Source: Heptranchias perlo (taxonomy: Eukaryota). From it: DNA of 64,000 bases. Of the stretch, positions 1-13,457 are shown one piece after another. Position numbers and translations under genes: made by a program. Location: assembly GCF_035084215.1 (NCBI RefSeq), contig NC_090332.1, positions 27,280,001 through 27,344,000 of the forward strand, given 5' to 3'. The stretch's first letter is position 1. Every line of letters begins with the position of its first letter. The notes under the pieces were generated by a model. That model made no database searches and was not told the origin of the DNA. It saw nothing but the letters and a program-made list of their open reading frames with translations.

Positions 1-2555
1 ACGTAACTGAAGTCCCTTATCCCTGGAATCATTCTAGTAAATTTCATCTGCACCCTCTCTAAGGCCTTCACATCTTTCCTATAGTGCGGTGCCCAGAACT
101 GGATACAATACTCCAGTTGTGGCCGAACCATTGTTTTATAAAGGTTCATCGTGACTTCCTTGCTTTTCTACACTATGCCTCTATTTATAAAGCCGAGGAT
201 CCCGAATGCTTTTTTAACACCTTTCTCAACCTGCCCTGCTACCTTCAACGATTTGTGTACATATACCCCCAGATCTCTCTGTTCCTGTACCCCTTTTAGA
301 ATTGTGCCCTTTAATTGATATTGCCTCTTCTCATTCTTCCTACCGAAATGTATCACTTCGCATTTTTCTGCATTAAATTTCATTTGCTACGTGTCCACCC
401 ATGCCACCAGCCTGTCTATATCCTCTTGAAGTCTATCACTATCCTCCTCACTTGTTCACTATACTATCAAGTTTTGTGTCATCTGCAAATTTTGAAATTG
501 AGCCCTGTACACCCAAGTCCAAGTCATTAATATATATCAAGAAAAGCAATGGTCCTAGTACCGACCCCTGCGGAACACCACTGCACACCTCCCTCCAGTC
601 CGGAAAACAACCGTTCACCACTACTCTGTTTCCTGTTAGTTAGCCAATTCTGTATCCTCTCTGCTACTGCCCCTTTTATTCCACGGGCTTCAATCTTGAT
701 GACAAGGCTATTATGTGGTACTTTATCAAACGCCTTTTGAAAGTCCATATACACCACATCAACTGCATTGCCCTCATCTACTCTCTCTGTTACCTCATCA
801 AAAAAATCTATCAAGTTGGTTAAACACGATTTGCCTTTAACAAATCCGTGCTGGCTTTCCCTAATCAATCAAGTGACTGCTAATTCTGTCCCGGATTATC
901 GTTTCTAAAAGTTTCTCCACCACCGAGGTTAAGCTGACTGGCCTGTAGTTGCTGGGTTTATCTTTACGCTCTTTTTTGAACAAGGGTGTAACATTTGCAG
1001 TTCTCCCATCCTCTGGCACCACCCCCGTATCGAAGGATGTTTGGAAGATTGTGGCCAGTACCTCCGCAATTTTGACTCTTATTACTCAGCAACCTAGGAT
1101 GCATCCCATCCGAACCAGGTGACTTACCTATTTTAAGTACAGCTAGCCTTTCTAGTACCTCCTCTATCAATTTTTAGCCCATCCAGTATCTCAACTACAT
1201 CTTTCTTTACTGAGACTCTGACAGCAGCATCTTCCTCGGTAAAGACAGATGCAAAGTATTCATGTAGTACCTCAGCCATGCCCTCTGCCTCCATGAGTAG
1301 ATCTCCTTTTTGGTCCCTAATCGGTCCCATCCCTCTTCTTACTACCCGTTTACTGTTTACATGCCTATAGAAGACTTTTGGATTCCCATTTATGTTGGCT
1401 GCCAGTCTGTTCTCATGCTCTCTCTTTGCCCCTCTTATATTCTTTTTCACTTCCCCTCTCAACTTTCTATATTCACCCTGGTTCTCACTTGTGTTATCAA
1501 CCTGACATCTGTCATACGCCCCTTTTTTCTGCTTCATCTTACTCTCTCTCTTGTCATCCAGGGAGCTCTGGCTTTTGTTGCCCTACCTTTCTCCCTCGTG
1601 GGAATGTACCTGGAATCTACCCGAACCATCTCCTCCTTAAAGGCCGCCCATTGTTCAATTACAGTTTTGCCTGCCAATCTTTGATTCAAGTTTACCCAGG
1701 CCAGATCTGTTCTCATCTCACTGAAATTGGCCCTCCTGCTATTGAGTGCTTTTATTTTAGAGTGGTCCATGACCTTTTCCATAGCTGTTCTAAACCTTAT
1801 GATACTACGATTGCTGTTCCCTAACTGTTCCCCCACTGACATTTGCTCCACATGGCCCGCCTCACTCCCCATAACCAAATCCATCAATGCTTCTTCCCTC
1901 GTTGGGTTGGAAATGTACGAGTCAAGAAAGTTCTCCTGAACACACTTCAAAAATTCCTCCCCCTTGTATTCTTACTATCCCAGTCTACATTAGGATAGCT
2001 GAAGTCCCTTGTTATCACTACTCTATGGCTTTTGCACCTCTCTGTAATTTCCCTGCAAATTTGCCCCTCTATATCCTTCCCACTAGTTGGTGGCCTATAG
2101 AATACACCCAGTCGTGTAATGGCACCTCTATTGTTTCTTAACTCTAACCAAATAGATTCTGTCCTTGACCCCTCCAGGACATCCTTTCTCTCGAGTACTG
2201 CAATATTCTCTTTAATACTGCCAAACCCCCTCCTTTCTTTCCTTCCCTATCTTTCCTGAACACCTTGTATCCAGGCATATTTAGTACCCAGTCCTGCCCT
2301 TTTTTTTGCCAGATCTGCATTATCGCCATGACATCATATTCCCATGTGGCTATTTGCGTCTGCAGCTCACCAACCTTATTTACCGCGCTTGCGCACATGC
2401 GCTGTAAACCAATCTTAGACTTTCTTGTACTCTCTTATCCACCGAATACTGTATTATTTCTTATTCTAGTGCTATCTTTCTCTCCCAATCCTTTGTGCAC
2501 CTTGTTTCTCCTTTCCAATGCTACATCCAGGTGCCCATCCCCCTGCCAAATTAGT
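1..2555 (-). mobile_element. Decayed CR1-type LINE ORF2 (endonuclease + reverse transcriptase), running off the window start; intronic in TRERF1
   Basis: Minus-strand ORF pieces QHGFVKGKSCLTNL...DFQKAFDKVPH (527-868), MKFNAEKCEVIHFGRKN (168-383), KSPGSDGMHPRLL, and APE-like GYKVFRKDREGKKGGG (2144-2398); multiple frameshifts. Confidence 0.93.
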
Positions 2556-5500
2556 TTTCCTCATCGTAAAGCAGATATCATTCTGCATTTGAGGGTGGCA
2601 ATAAGCAGTTTGCTGTTGTAGTATCAAGTTTCTGAAACTTTTGTAGCTGCAGCACAATTTGAGACAATGTCTGAATTTGTTACAGTAATAAGATTATTTT
2701 TGGAAGATAAAGATACTTTACAGATTACCTTGGCCTTTCTGTGAGCATGTTCAAGTTTTGTCTGTTTTTAACTGGAAAACTTGAAAACCCATAAAAGTTG
2801 GGGGGAAAGCATGTTTGTGTAGACATTGGGTGAGGACCAGATCAGGCTTGGCCATGCTCCCCTTCTCCAATAAGTGAAATAACCCATGTCACTCACTGTC
2901 TAGGTCCGCACATGAGAAATGGCTATTTGAACACAGTACATGGAGATTAGCTGGTGCTCATGGAACAATATTCCAGCAATAATCAATACTTTCAGGAAAC
3001 GAGGGGAGAAAACTGAAGGAACAAAAAAAAGCCTTTCATTCAAAGCATTTTATTACTCACTGATTCACTAGCTCCTCCTGTGTAATATTAATTGAATTGC
3101 TCTTGAACAAGAAGAACCTCTCCTTCCAAGAGAGTGGGAAGCAGTAGAAATCAGTGACTGACACAGATTCAGGCCTAGAAATTCGTTGACGAAGAGCCTG
3201 TTTTACGGGCATAAAACGGGCACCTCAATCTAAGCCTCAATGATGGATGCCGTGCGTGCGCAAATTCCGTGGTAGAAGTTTACCACCTGCCATATTGGTA
3301 AATACCTGAAGTATAGGTGTCCAGGAGCTGCGCATGAAACAGGCATTAGGCCCTTGTTTCAGGACCCCTTTCCGAAATTGGACTACCCTGAAGAGGGACC
3401 GCTGGAGGCCAACACCAAAAAGGTAAGTTTAAAAGAATACTTATCTGAACGGGGAGCAAGAGTGCTGCTCTTGGCTCCATAGCAGTCCCGACGACCGTTG
3501 CCGACCACCTGTGTACCCCTTCTCCCGATCACTTTCTACCCCGTCCTCCCTCCCAGGACCTACCTGCTGGCAATGCAACAACCTGAAATTTAAATACGCT
3601 TCGCTGGCGAGCTACCTGGGGAAGCGCAGGTCAAATTTAAATGTGGCTCGAGGCTTAATATAGTGTGCACCTCGGGCCTACCCGATTCGGCACGGGGATC
3701 GATCCATGAGCCCAGTCACGCCGGCAGGTTGGAGCTTTATAATTTTCCCCACTCTATCCTTTCCAATTATTGTTTTTTTGGGGGGAAAGAAACGTTTAGA
3801 GCTTTAATATCCTGTTTCAGCCATCATTGTATAGTTACTTCTGTGCGCCATTAAGTTTTTAAAATGTGATCTTGTTGGAAATTATTCTTATTCCAATTAG
3901 TGATTTTTATTTGTTACTTATAAAGCAACACTAGGCAAAGTGAAAGGTGGAGCGTATTAGAAAACTAAGTAAAATATGAATAAATATACAAATTTATATA
4001 TCACTGTGCGTGATGTGAAATCTACACCAAAATTTTATCAGATTGCACAGTGTATGTACAAGTATATGTAGTTTCACACGTGTATCTGCATTTGTTTTAC
4101 TGTAACATTTCCACAAAAGTACTTCAACTTTTTCCTGTAATAGCTTGTGATTCATTTTTTGCAACCCCATTCCAAGCCAGTTGAAGTGCTGCAATATTAT
4201 CCATTAATGGTCATCATAAGTTACGTATAACAATGTAGATGTATTTTTGTTTGACTAAATTCCCAGGTCCTCAGTTCCTCTAATTCTTATTACTGATTAG
4301 ATGTGAGATTAATTAATAAGGCAAGATGAACTATTCACATTTAAATGCTGTATTCTTTATTAAGTTAATTATGTACTTTCTGCTGTACAATAAGATCAAT
4401 GTTTATAGATTGCTGCATTGTATTTTTGAGATGGAGAAAAAGGATATATTTTATAATTGTTCAGCTTTTGAGTTAGCAGATTGGTTATTAAAAGTATGCA
4501 AGGCTGGAATTTGCTAGAAACTCGCATCTACAGCGTGCGCCATTACTATTTCCAGGAAATTATGGCATGAGTGACTCGGGCCATTACATACGCCACGGGA
4601 AAAGTTGCTGGGATGCCCGTGAAACTTGACTAAATAGTGAGAATTCCATTTTCATAGCTCTGTGTCCCCTCCCCACCCACCCCTTATAAAGTCAATGGTG
4701 ATGTCCAATTTGCTGGATTAACACTACTTTGATCATCACTGTTACTTAGACTGAACCAGAACAGCATTTGCGACGTGGCAACGGTGTGATTTATTGCTCC
4801 AAGATTGTTTTCCCTTAAATAAAAACGTCTTTTTATTGAGCTTTGCCGATTTATTTAGCTAGTGCAAAAATAATCTTTTGGACATTCTAGCTGGCCGGTA
4901 AGTTTCCTGTTAAATGGAATTGAATTTTTAAAAGCCATTTAATGTTTGCATCGATTCACTGATCTTTGGTCCCTTAACAATGTCAGTCTCTAATTTTAAC
5001 ATGGAGTATCGATCCAAATATTTGTTTCTTTTGGAATTCATATTGATAAATACATTCAATTCCATATCAATGGGATAGTGCATCAGTAAATTTTGTTGAG
5101 GGAATAAATGTTAAATTGTTCTCTTTGAAGAGTTAAGATGACTATTGGAGATCATGCTGCTGCTGCTGCGCTGAATATAAAGGCAGGGATATCCGAGAAA
5201 TGAATTAAGTAATTCCTACAGATCTTGAATTTAATTTTGTATATATTTCCCCTGCAAAAACACAGGACATGTGCTTTGAAATGAATTTGCTCACCAACAT
5301 CTGAAAACGATTACATTCAGAAGCCTTCAGTTAGCTCTGGTATCTGCAGCCACACGTGCCAGGAATAACTTTAGAAAACAAAATAAAAATCGAACAAGAT
5401 TTGTGGTGTATTCTCAAAACGGGACTCAAGGTCGAATACGCACTTTTGTAAACAAGAATAAAAAGTGGATGAATAATGCGATACAGTTCAAGAGATCAGA

Positions 5501-7184
5501 ATTGATATCAAACATTTGTCAATGGCCGTCAGTTGCCCCACTTCCAAATCGCAATGATCCTCGTTGTGGTGTATTCTAATGAGATCTCCAGAAAATGTTG
5601 GTGTAAATTCGCTACTGGAGGATCGGGGCGCGCAACGGCCTAGCTCATGGTGCTTGGGGCCATATGCGCCATTCCAGAAAATTCAGGGCATTAGTTTTAT
5701 CACTCTCCTGATGGCTTGGTCTGGCACTGAGCCTTGTGGACTAGGAAGGTCCAAGGTTCTGTCTCTGGTGTGGGATGAGAGGGATGATCTCAGAGTTAAT
5801 CTCCACCACTGCTCTGCCCATTGGATTTCCCACCAGAAGTGATGGGTGATGTTCAGTATAACTACTTGTATGTGGGTGGGCATACTGAAATGATATTTAA
5901 ATGACGGAAATATATCATTCGACATATTGCTTGTCATTTGACCCATACAAATGGTGGCACGAGACACTGTTTGCCCCTTGCGTCAAGTGTTACTGTGGCG
6001 GTGGGGAGGGGAAGAGGTTAAATTTTAAAATCCAGCAACCTATGCAGTCAATTGTAGAGTGAACTACTTGTACAGGTCACAGTTCCAGAATTAAAAAACT
6101 TTTTTTTAAAAATTATTCCGAATATTCCCAGCAATTCTGAGATCACCAGCTATGCTAAGCTGCAACAGGCTCCAATGCCTGCCCCAGTAAATCTCTGCTC
6201 CCACTACTGATTGACTCCTTGGTGGAGGCCAGTCAGCTTTCCAAAGAAAAAGATCGGTTTGGATTGCATTTTTGTTTTAGGTGGAACTCTGCAAAAGAGA
6301 AGATCTGTTCCTAAATGTCAGTGATTTGATCATGTTGGCCATCGCACCAGAGCACAATCCTGTCCTTGGCTGATATTCAGACTTGCCATTTCTAGCAGGA
6401 GTTGCTGGATAGTGATCAGGAGTGAAAACGTTGACTGATGTGTTTCGTTTGTTTTTCTTCTCCCTTTCTCGCTCAGTCACACTGAAACAAAGTGCAAGGC
6501 ACAACCAAGGTTGAAAAGAGTAGGAGAAAAGATGAGGTAAATCAAGAAATAGTAGTTAGGTAATCCCAAACTACAATCAGCTAATTTAGCACATGCCAGG
6601 GAAAAAGCAATCTGTGACCTGCCACTCTGTAACTCAGTGTATTGTAGCTCCAATGAGTCATAAAGTCACACTACCAAAACAGACATTATCATTTTTTTAA
6701 AAAAACACTAAATTAAGATTACGTTTTTTTTAAACTTGGAACAATATTTGTCAATTTGCCTTCATTCTTTTTAAAAGGTACCTTTTGAAGAATCTCAGCC
6801 TAGGATTTTGCTGACAGTTATAAACCACTTTGGTTTGCTCACAATTTATTAAGTCATCTGAATTGTCAGACTGGTGCCTGGTTTATAAAAGACATTTGAA
6901 TCACAAGACGAAATTAGAGCTTTGAAATCATTCATTCTGTGGAATCTATTCTCGATCCAAATAAGCATTTCTTACAGAAGAGGTTGCTTAGCAGTCTGCC
7001 TGGCCACTTTATGACTGCCATTTTCTGTTGGCTCAGATTCCTACAGTGGAGCTCTGGTTCCTGTTGAGATCCAGCAGCATCCAGTTTCGCCTGAAGAGAT
7101 TTATTTCGGTTTCAAGTGTTTTGCATATTCCTGACTCCCAGTAGCTGAACTTTCTAACTTTCATCCTGCATTAAGCTATTAGGA

Positions 7185-7446
7185 TAATTGGCAAAAGAAC
7201 CAGAGGGGTGATGAGGAGAATTGTTTTTACACAGAGAGTTGTTATGCACTGCCTGAAAGGGTAATGGCAGCAGATACAATGGTAACTTTCGAAAGAGAAT
7301 TGGATATATACTTGAACAAGAAAACTTTGCAGGGCTATGGGAAAAGAGCTGGGGAGTGGGACTAATTGGATAGCGCTACCAAAGAGCTGGCCCAGGCATG
7401 ATGGGCTGAATGGCCTCTTTCTGTGCTGGAAATTCTATGAATCTAT
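7185..7446 (+). mobile_element. 3' fragment of CR1-type LINE (or its partner SINE tail)
   Basis: Ends in TGGGCTGAATGGCCT...TTCTATGAATCTATG, a tail shared with other CR1 copies in the window (e.g. near 26600, 28135, 59000). Confidence 0.75.
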
Positions 7447-8291
7447 GTATGCACAGGCTAACGGTTAAATTTGACTGAGAATCTGGAGCATGGCATTACA
7501 ACCTGGCATATAGATTGACAGCAACACAAACAATGACCAACGTTACACCAACTTTAAAATCAATAAAAGAAAATCACCAACCAGTTGCACTGAAATAAGT
7601 AGCTAGGTTATAATACATAAACTGCACATATATAAACTGCAATCACCAACAGATTAATCAAGTGACCAGCCATTTACAGTAGCCTATAGGGTTGTGTTTT
7701 TCTTTCAACTACTTTTGAAGTGCTGTAATTACTCCTACGTTCGTATGTACATAATTAAATTTAGAAAAGGTTGAGAGCTGTAGTTTGATACTAATTAAGA
7801 GAATTGTCTCAAAGTTGTGGCTTACTCTCTGTTCTTGATTTTCTCGCCTCCTTTCCTGAAAGTACTCTCTCCTGCTGAGGTGCAGTTCCATAGGCTCTGA
7901 CAGCTGTCAGGTACCTCACCCAAGTGGCTATTAATCATGTGTGAGGTTAGCTTCTTTAAAGGTGGCTTGAAGTGAAAAAAGATTAACATCCTATTCCTTG
8001 GTATCTGGATAAGGAAAATACTAGAAATTCTGCTTAAATGAATTATTCAAGGATCAATCCTTCTTTGCAATGTTTATCAAAGGGATATATGCCACTATGC
8101 AAACCCCATTATAACGCACTGGCCCACAAATTGGCGATTTCATGCCAATTGCCAAATCAAGGTTTGAGCCAGTGTCACAAACCTTGATTTCAACTCTAGT
8201 ATTTCACAAAACCCACTGTACAGGTCTGTGATTTGACTAAATTTCCTTTTTCTCTTAACAGTGAATTATGGTTTCTGCTCCCTTTCTATAG

Positions 8292-8465
8292 TTCAGTGAT
8301 GAGGATGAAGAGTTGGAGGATGAGGATGAAGACGACAGAAAATCAGATAAAGATGAGGAGAACACAGAAGTACGGAAGTCCCCCTTGCCGCTACAGATAG
8401 CTGTTTTGGAGCAGCCAGTTGTTCAGGGGCCTACATTTATGTGTGAAATGCCTAATTGTGGTGCA
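8292..8465 (+). CDS. TRERF1: TRERF1 internal coding exon (acidic tract and first half of a C2H2 finger)
   Basis: ttctatag| acceptor and |gtaagt donor; 174 nt, phase 0-0; FSDEDEELEDEDEDDRKS...FMCEMPNCGA matches the TRERF1 C-terminal region as I recall it. Confidence 0.92.
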
Positions 8466-9225
8466 GTAAGTATCATCAGTTGTTGGCTTCAAGATATGCT
8501 GAATGAGATACAGCCCACTAAATTATACCTCCAGGGAATTCAGGTGCCATTCATGTTCTTCTCCCTCCCCCCCCCCCCCCCCGCCCCCCTTTCTAAGAAA
8601 AAAATATTTTATAGCCCGCAAGAAGATGGCCGAGTTCAAACCTATTGGTTTCAAAAACTGGGGAAAAAATTGAGTTCAAAATGCTCACCCTGCCTTGAGT
8701 CATGTAGAGGGATTGTGTGCCTCAAATAGCCAACTGTTTCAAAATCTCTACTTTCATGCAATCAGGAGATGCAGCAGAAATCTCTTTCACTTTAACTGAT
8801 GCAGCCTCGCGTAGCCAGAGGTGCATTATGGGGCACTCTCAGCACAGGGATGTTTGGATCCCCACCCGATTTCTAGAAGCAGACATTGGACCTACCAGAG
8901 CTGCTTCTGGTACAACAGTAAGCAGTTTGAGGAAACAAATGAGGTCTAAGAATTCTTTCTGCTCACCCTTTCATTATAAAGTTTGATTCTGCAAATCTGA
9001 ATAATTTAACACTTTAGCTGTATTCCTTTGTTCAAAAAAAACACTATTCAAATCTATCACTGTTTACAACTCTCGTACAGACAATATTGCAGGATGGAAC
9101 AATGATACCATCTGCTGGTCAGACCATTTAAAAACATCAGTACCTACAAAGGAAGCGAATACGGGATATGTGCATAACTTCTTCATTACCGCAGCCCATT
9201 TTAGTCTCTGACAACAAACAGCATA

Positions 9226-9642
9226 AAAAGAAAGACTTGCATTTGTATAGCATCTTTCACGACCTCAGGATGTCCCAAAGTGCTTTACAGCCAATGAAGT
9301 ACTTTTGAATTGTAGTCACTTGTACTATAGGAAACACGATAGCCATTTTGCACACAGCAAGGTCACAATGACCAGATCATCTGTTTTTTAGTGATATTGG
9401 CCAGGACACCAGCAGAGCTCCCCTGCTCTTCTTCGAATAGTGCCATGGGATCTTTTACATCCACCCAAGAGGGCAGATGGGGCCTCGGTTTAAGATCTCA
9501 TCTGAAGGACTGCACCTCCGACAGTGCAGCACTCCCTCAGTACTGCACTGAGGTGTCAGCCTAGATTATGTGCTCAAGTCTCTGGAGTGGGACTTGAACT
9601 TCTGACTCTGAGGCGAGAATGGTACCAACTGAGCCAAGGCTG
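9226..9642 (-). mobile_element. tRNA-derived SINE with Deu-like core and L2-like tail (SacSINE1/DeuSINE-like)
   Basis: Minus strand begins TTGGCTCAGTTGGTA (A box) ... GTTCAAGTCCC (B box), core GAGTGCTGCACTGTCGGAGGTGC..CTTCAGATGAGA..TTAAACCGAGG; several copies in the window. Confidence 0.8.
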
Positions 9643-10912
9643 TCATACATAATGCGATGCTCAATGTTCTACTGCTGCTTGAATATCAGTCTGCCAAATT
9701 TCAACAGGTAGTGCCATGTTCTGCTATGCTTTGAAAGGAAAAGCAGATTTTGTTAAATTGCATTGTGCACTACGGGCCAATAATGCATCTCCTGAGCAGC
9801 AGCACTGGCACAGTGCAGGTGCTATATGCGCTGCACACACATGAATTAGCCTCAGCAGATAATGTATGGTCAGAGCATTTGCATAATTTTCTGTTGCTTT
9901 GCATATGTCGCTCATAACATGCTGTGAGCGACAGGGCCAGAATGTTGGGTGACTGCAGCAGCCAACTTTGCAATTTTTTTAGCATGGAGTGGGGGCAGGG
10001 AAGAGGGTTGGGGAATGGCCCTGGCTAGTGAAGGCATTTGGCAGGTATGACTGGGAAATTTCTGACGCAGCCCCCCTTCAGCAAATGTGTTGTGTTGTGC
10101 AACTGCAGTACTGCTCGGGCAACTGCATAATTTAAGTGCAAGCATTGGCCTTGGTCATAGGCTTCTAGATTCCCCATTACATTTGTGCATCAGATGCCCA
10201 TCATATAAGCCCCTACGTAAGCTCATCCAAGAAGTACTGGTGAACATTTTGAATGAAGGCCTTTTTTTCCTACATAACAATCACTGCAATCCAAAAGTAA
10301 TTTGTTCTATGAAGCACCTGAAGATATTTCAACAGCGCCGTGTAAATGCTGCAAGTATTTTTTATATAGGTTTTACTCTATACACTTTATAGGAGCACCA
10401 TCTTTTTGGAAAATTTAGGGCATATTGTAACCTCACAATGAGCAGACTTTTTTTTGGTGTTGATGTTTGAAAAACATGAGAGCATCGCTAAAAGTAAAAG
10501 ACTCTTTCTTTCCCTGGAATACCATGATAATCTTTTAATAGTGCTTTTTAGACTGAACAAAGCGTCTGGGGTTTTAAAATTATAATTTTTCATACTGTAC
10601 ATGTGGTAGATGGTAACATAGAACATACACATTCCTTCAAAATAGTTGTTGGAGTACTCATTTGTTTGTCTGCAAGATTTTAAACAGATTCCATTCCTGA
10701 TCACTAAACCATTTTTCTCTTTCTACTCTAAATAGTTTATCACAATGGTCTCCTTAATTATTTTTTTAATGTAGTGTATTTAAGACTAAAGTTGCAGACC
10801 TTACCGAAAAACTGAAGAACTTTTGTATTGTTGAAATGACTTAGTGGTCCAGCATGGTATAGGATGAATAAATTGAATCTTTTATTTTCACCTTCCCCAA
10901 TCTTTCTTTTAG

Positions 10913-11115
10913 ATATTCAGCTCCAGGCAGGCTTTAAATGGTCATGCACGTATTCATGGTGGTTCAAACCAAATCCCAAAGCAGAGTTCTGCGGCTAAAC
11001 TTAAAGTGGGAGGACCTCAGTCTGGCTACACGTCTGTCAAGAGTTCGCCTGCACACAGTACGGCTAGTGGTGAAACAGATGCTGCTACAATTTTCCCTTG
11101 TAAGGAATGTGGAAA
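10913..11115 (+). CDS. TRERF1: TRERF1 penultimate coding exon
   Basis: ctttttag| acceptor and AA|gtaagt donor; 203 nt; [20 protein letters not shown]...[28 protein letters not shown]; this frame is absent from the ORF track. Confidence 0.95.
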
Positions 11116-11302
11116 GTAAGTTTGACAGCACTTTTTTTCCCCTAAATGTCTCCTGCATTTTTTAAATTAGCTGCCCATTTTGCATAATTTCATTCTATTT
11201 TATCTTAGTTTCATGTTCAGATACGGAAAAAAAATTAATAACCTATGCTTTCCTGCATTTTACTGAGTCAGCATAGTTTTACAAGTTACTTTTATGTTTC
11301 AG

Positions 11303-11606
11303 GATGTTCTACAAAATTAAAAGTAGAAATGCTCATATGAAAACTCATAGACAGCAAGAGGAACAGCAGCGACAGAAGGCCCAGAAGGCCCTTGCAGTTG
11401 CTGAAATAGCAACAATAGCCAGGCCTGCTACACCAATGGCACCTATGTTACTTCATCCAGACCATATGAGTATGGTAAAGCAGCAAATGGAAGTGGAAGA
11501 TCATGACATCATTCAGGAGTTAGATGATGTGATGGAGGAATCTGATGTCATGGATACAGACCTACTTTTAGATGGGGAAGATGGAGAATTTCTCCAGGAT
11601 GACTAA
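11303..11606 (+). CDS. TRERF1: TRERF1 last coding exon
   Basis: gtttcag|G completes the Lys codon; [29 protein letters not shown]...DTDLLLD...QDD*. Confidence 0.95.
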
Positions 11607-12745
11607 TTGTAAATCTGTTTTATATAAAATAAAAAATATAAAGTAACTCAATTACAATTAATTGAACAAAATTGCTACTTTTTCTAAGTCATCAGGAAGT
11701 CCTAAGGCTAGTTCAAATGCAGTATGCAAAAGAATCCCAGGAGACTTGCACATAAATAAAAGTGCTCTTGACTTGCTTTTTTGTCATTTATATGATTACA
11801 TAAGGCTAAACAAAGCCTTATGGACTTTTATTTTCCCGCTCAGCTGCTTGTTAAAAGTTACTTCGAAGCATTGAAACCAAACGGGTTTTTTGCTAAAGAA
11901 AAAAGTTTTTGTCTTGAGTAAAAGTTTCAGAAATTAAATTGTCTACTTTTCTATAAAACAAAACAAAAAAAAGCTGTAAATAAGGTTCAAAATTATATAT
12001 ATTTTAAAAGAAAGTCAAATCCGATTTGTTTACGGATTTATTTAACTGCTGTTTCTTGGTGTTATCTAGCAGGTAGGGTGTAAATACTTTATATCGCAAA
12101 ATTCTATTATGAAAGCAAAATATTTTTGAAAGTAAAAGTGTCAAAATGACTGAGATGGCAGATCTTCACTGGGGCTGTTTTCTGTTATTATGATGATGTA
12201 CAGAGTTATTAAAGCTTTATTTTATAAATTTTGGGGTACTGTTAGTGGCCAAATTGCATGCCTTTTACTCCATAATGTAATTTATTTTTTTTAATTGCAC
12301 TGTAAGTGTTTTTTCTAAGGAGTGTATGGAGACCTTTTCATACATTGTTATCTTATTTCTGCTATAACTGAATGCAGTGTATTTGACACGTTATGAATGA
12401 AGCACTATGTATAGACAGTGAATGACTTCACTTTGTAACATGCTTTTGTTGTATATGCAAAAAAAAAACCCTTTAGGAAGATTTCTGTGCCATGTCCTTG
12501 GGAAGGCTGCATAATTTTTAAAAAGTGATGGCATCTTTAAAGTAGGCAGTATTTTCTTGTGAATTTAATACTCACTTTCGCAACGAGTAAGTTGTGCTTG
12601 AATATGTACCCATGGTTTTTTTTTTAAAATGTGATGGGATTAATATTGATTTTTTTTTTCCTATTAAACTAATCAAAGAAAGTGATTTTTTTTTTATTTT
12701 TCTGCCCTCCAGCATTCCTTAAATAAAAGTTATTTTGAAAGAGAA
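11607..12745 (+). other. TRERF1: Probable TRERF1 3' UTR
   Basis: Repeat-free AU-rich stretch after the stop codon; AATAAA near 11628, near 11755 and at 12722-12727; true cleavage site unknown. Confidence 0.55.
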
Positions 12746-13326
12746 TTCCATTATGCACGAGGGTGCTTTTAACCTATTGACTAAATTCCTGTAATCAGTC
12801 TATGACATTTAATGTATTTGTGATATCAAGATTCCTGGCATCCAATTCACCCTAAATCAGGCAATAATCAGACAGATGACCCCAAGATCATAGCTGTTGA
12901 TACCAGACAATTCCTTGTGTACTCAGACTTCACAAATATTTCTTCCATGACTTTGCTTTATAAAATTTTTTAATAGCTGTGTTGCCTGTGATGGTTTGGT
13001 ATGTAAATGAATTGGTATGTAAATGAATTGCCTAGTATGCTGCTGAGCCATAAGTTTTAGGGAGCTCTCTGCTTAGTTCTCTGATCTGGCCTGAGATAGT
13101 TGATCTCCGCTGAGGCAGCAGTGAAAACAATGTATCCTTGGCCTAGGGAAGCAAAAAAAAAAGCCGGGATTTCTGCTTCTGTTTGTTGTCTCCTGCTGGA
13201 ACATGTGTAAGTGTATGCACAGAATGAAGACATGGTTGGGCTTGGCTCTAATGCCCTCTACACTTGAATAGTTTGTTGACACTTCCGATGTGGGCTCCTA
13301 TGTGAAGAATGGCTACATTGGGTGAC

Positions 13327-13457
13327 AATTGTAAACAATTTTACAACACCAAGTTATAGTCCAACAATTTTATTTGAAATTCACAAGCTTTCGGAGGCTT
13401 CCTCCTTCCTCAGGTGAATGTGGAAATGAAATCCTCGAACCCTTCGCATTTATAAAT
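13327..13457 (-). mobile_element. Short Penelope-like element fragment with hammerhead motif, flanked by 11-bp direct repeats
   Basis: CATTGGGTGAC at 13316-13326 and 13458-13468; near-identical to the insertion at 14496-14699. Confidence 0.75.
13379..13419 (-). ncRNA. Minimal type I hammerhead ribozyme-like motif
   Basis: Minus strand: AUUCAC-CUGAGGA-A-GGAGG(AAG)CCUCC-GAAA-GCUU-GUGAAU; 6-bp stem I, 5-bp stem II, palindromic AAGCUU in place of stem III. Confidence 0.75.

Noticed and set aside
1-2621. Many overlapping ORFs up to 148 aa
   Set aside because: They are frameshifted CR1 ORF2 pieces and their antisense frames, not host genes
3170-3750. CpG-rich block in the TRERF1 intron as a promoter or exon
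   Set aside because: No convincing ORF or splice pair; its start resembles the MITE-like ends elsewhere, so it is probably a repeat, but the TIR match is too weak to call
8466-8729. Extension of the 138-aa ORF past CEMPNCGA
   Set aside because: Read-through beyond a consensus GTAAGT donor; the zinc finger is completed by the next exon
9590-9642. tRNA gene
   Set aside because: The A/B boxes belong to the head of a multi-copy SINE; there is no complete cloverleaf
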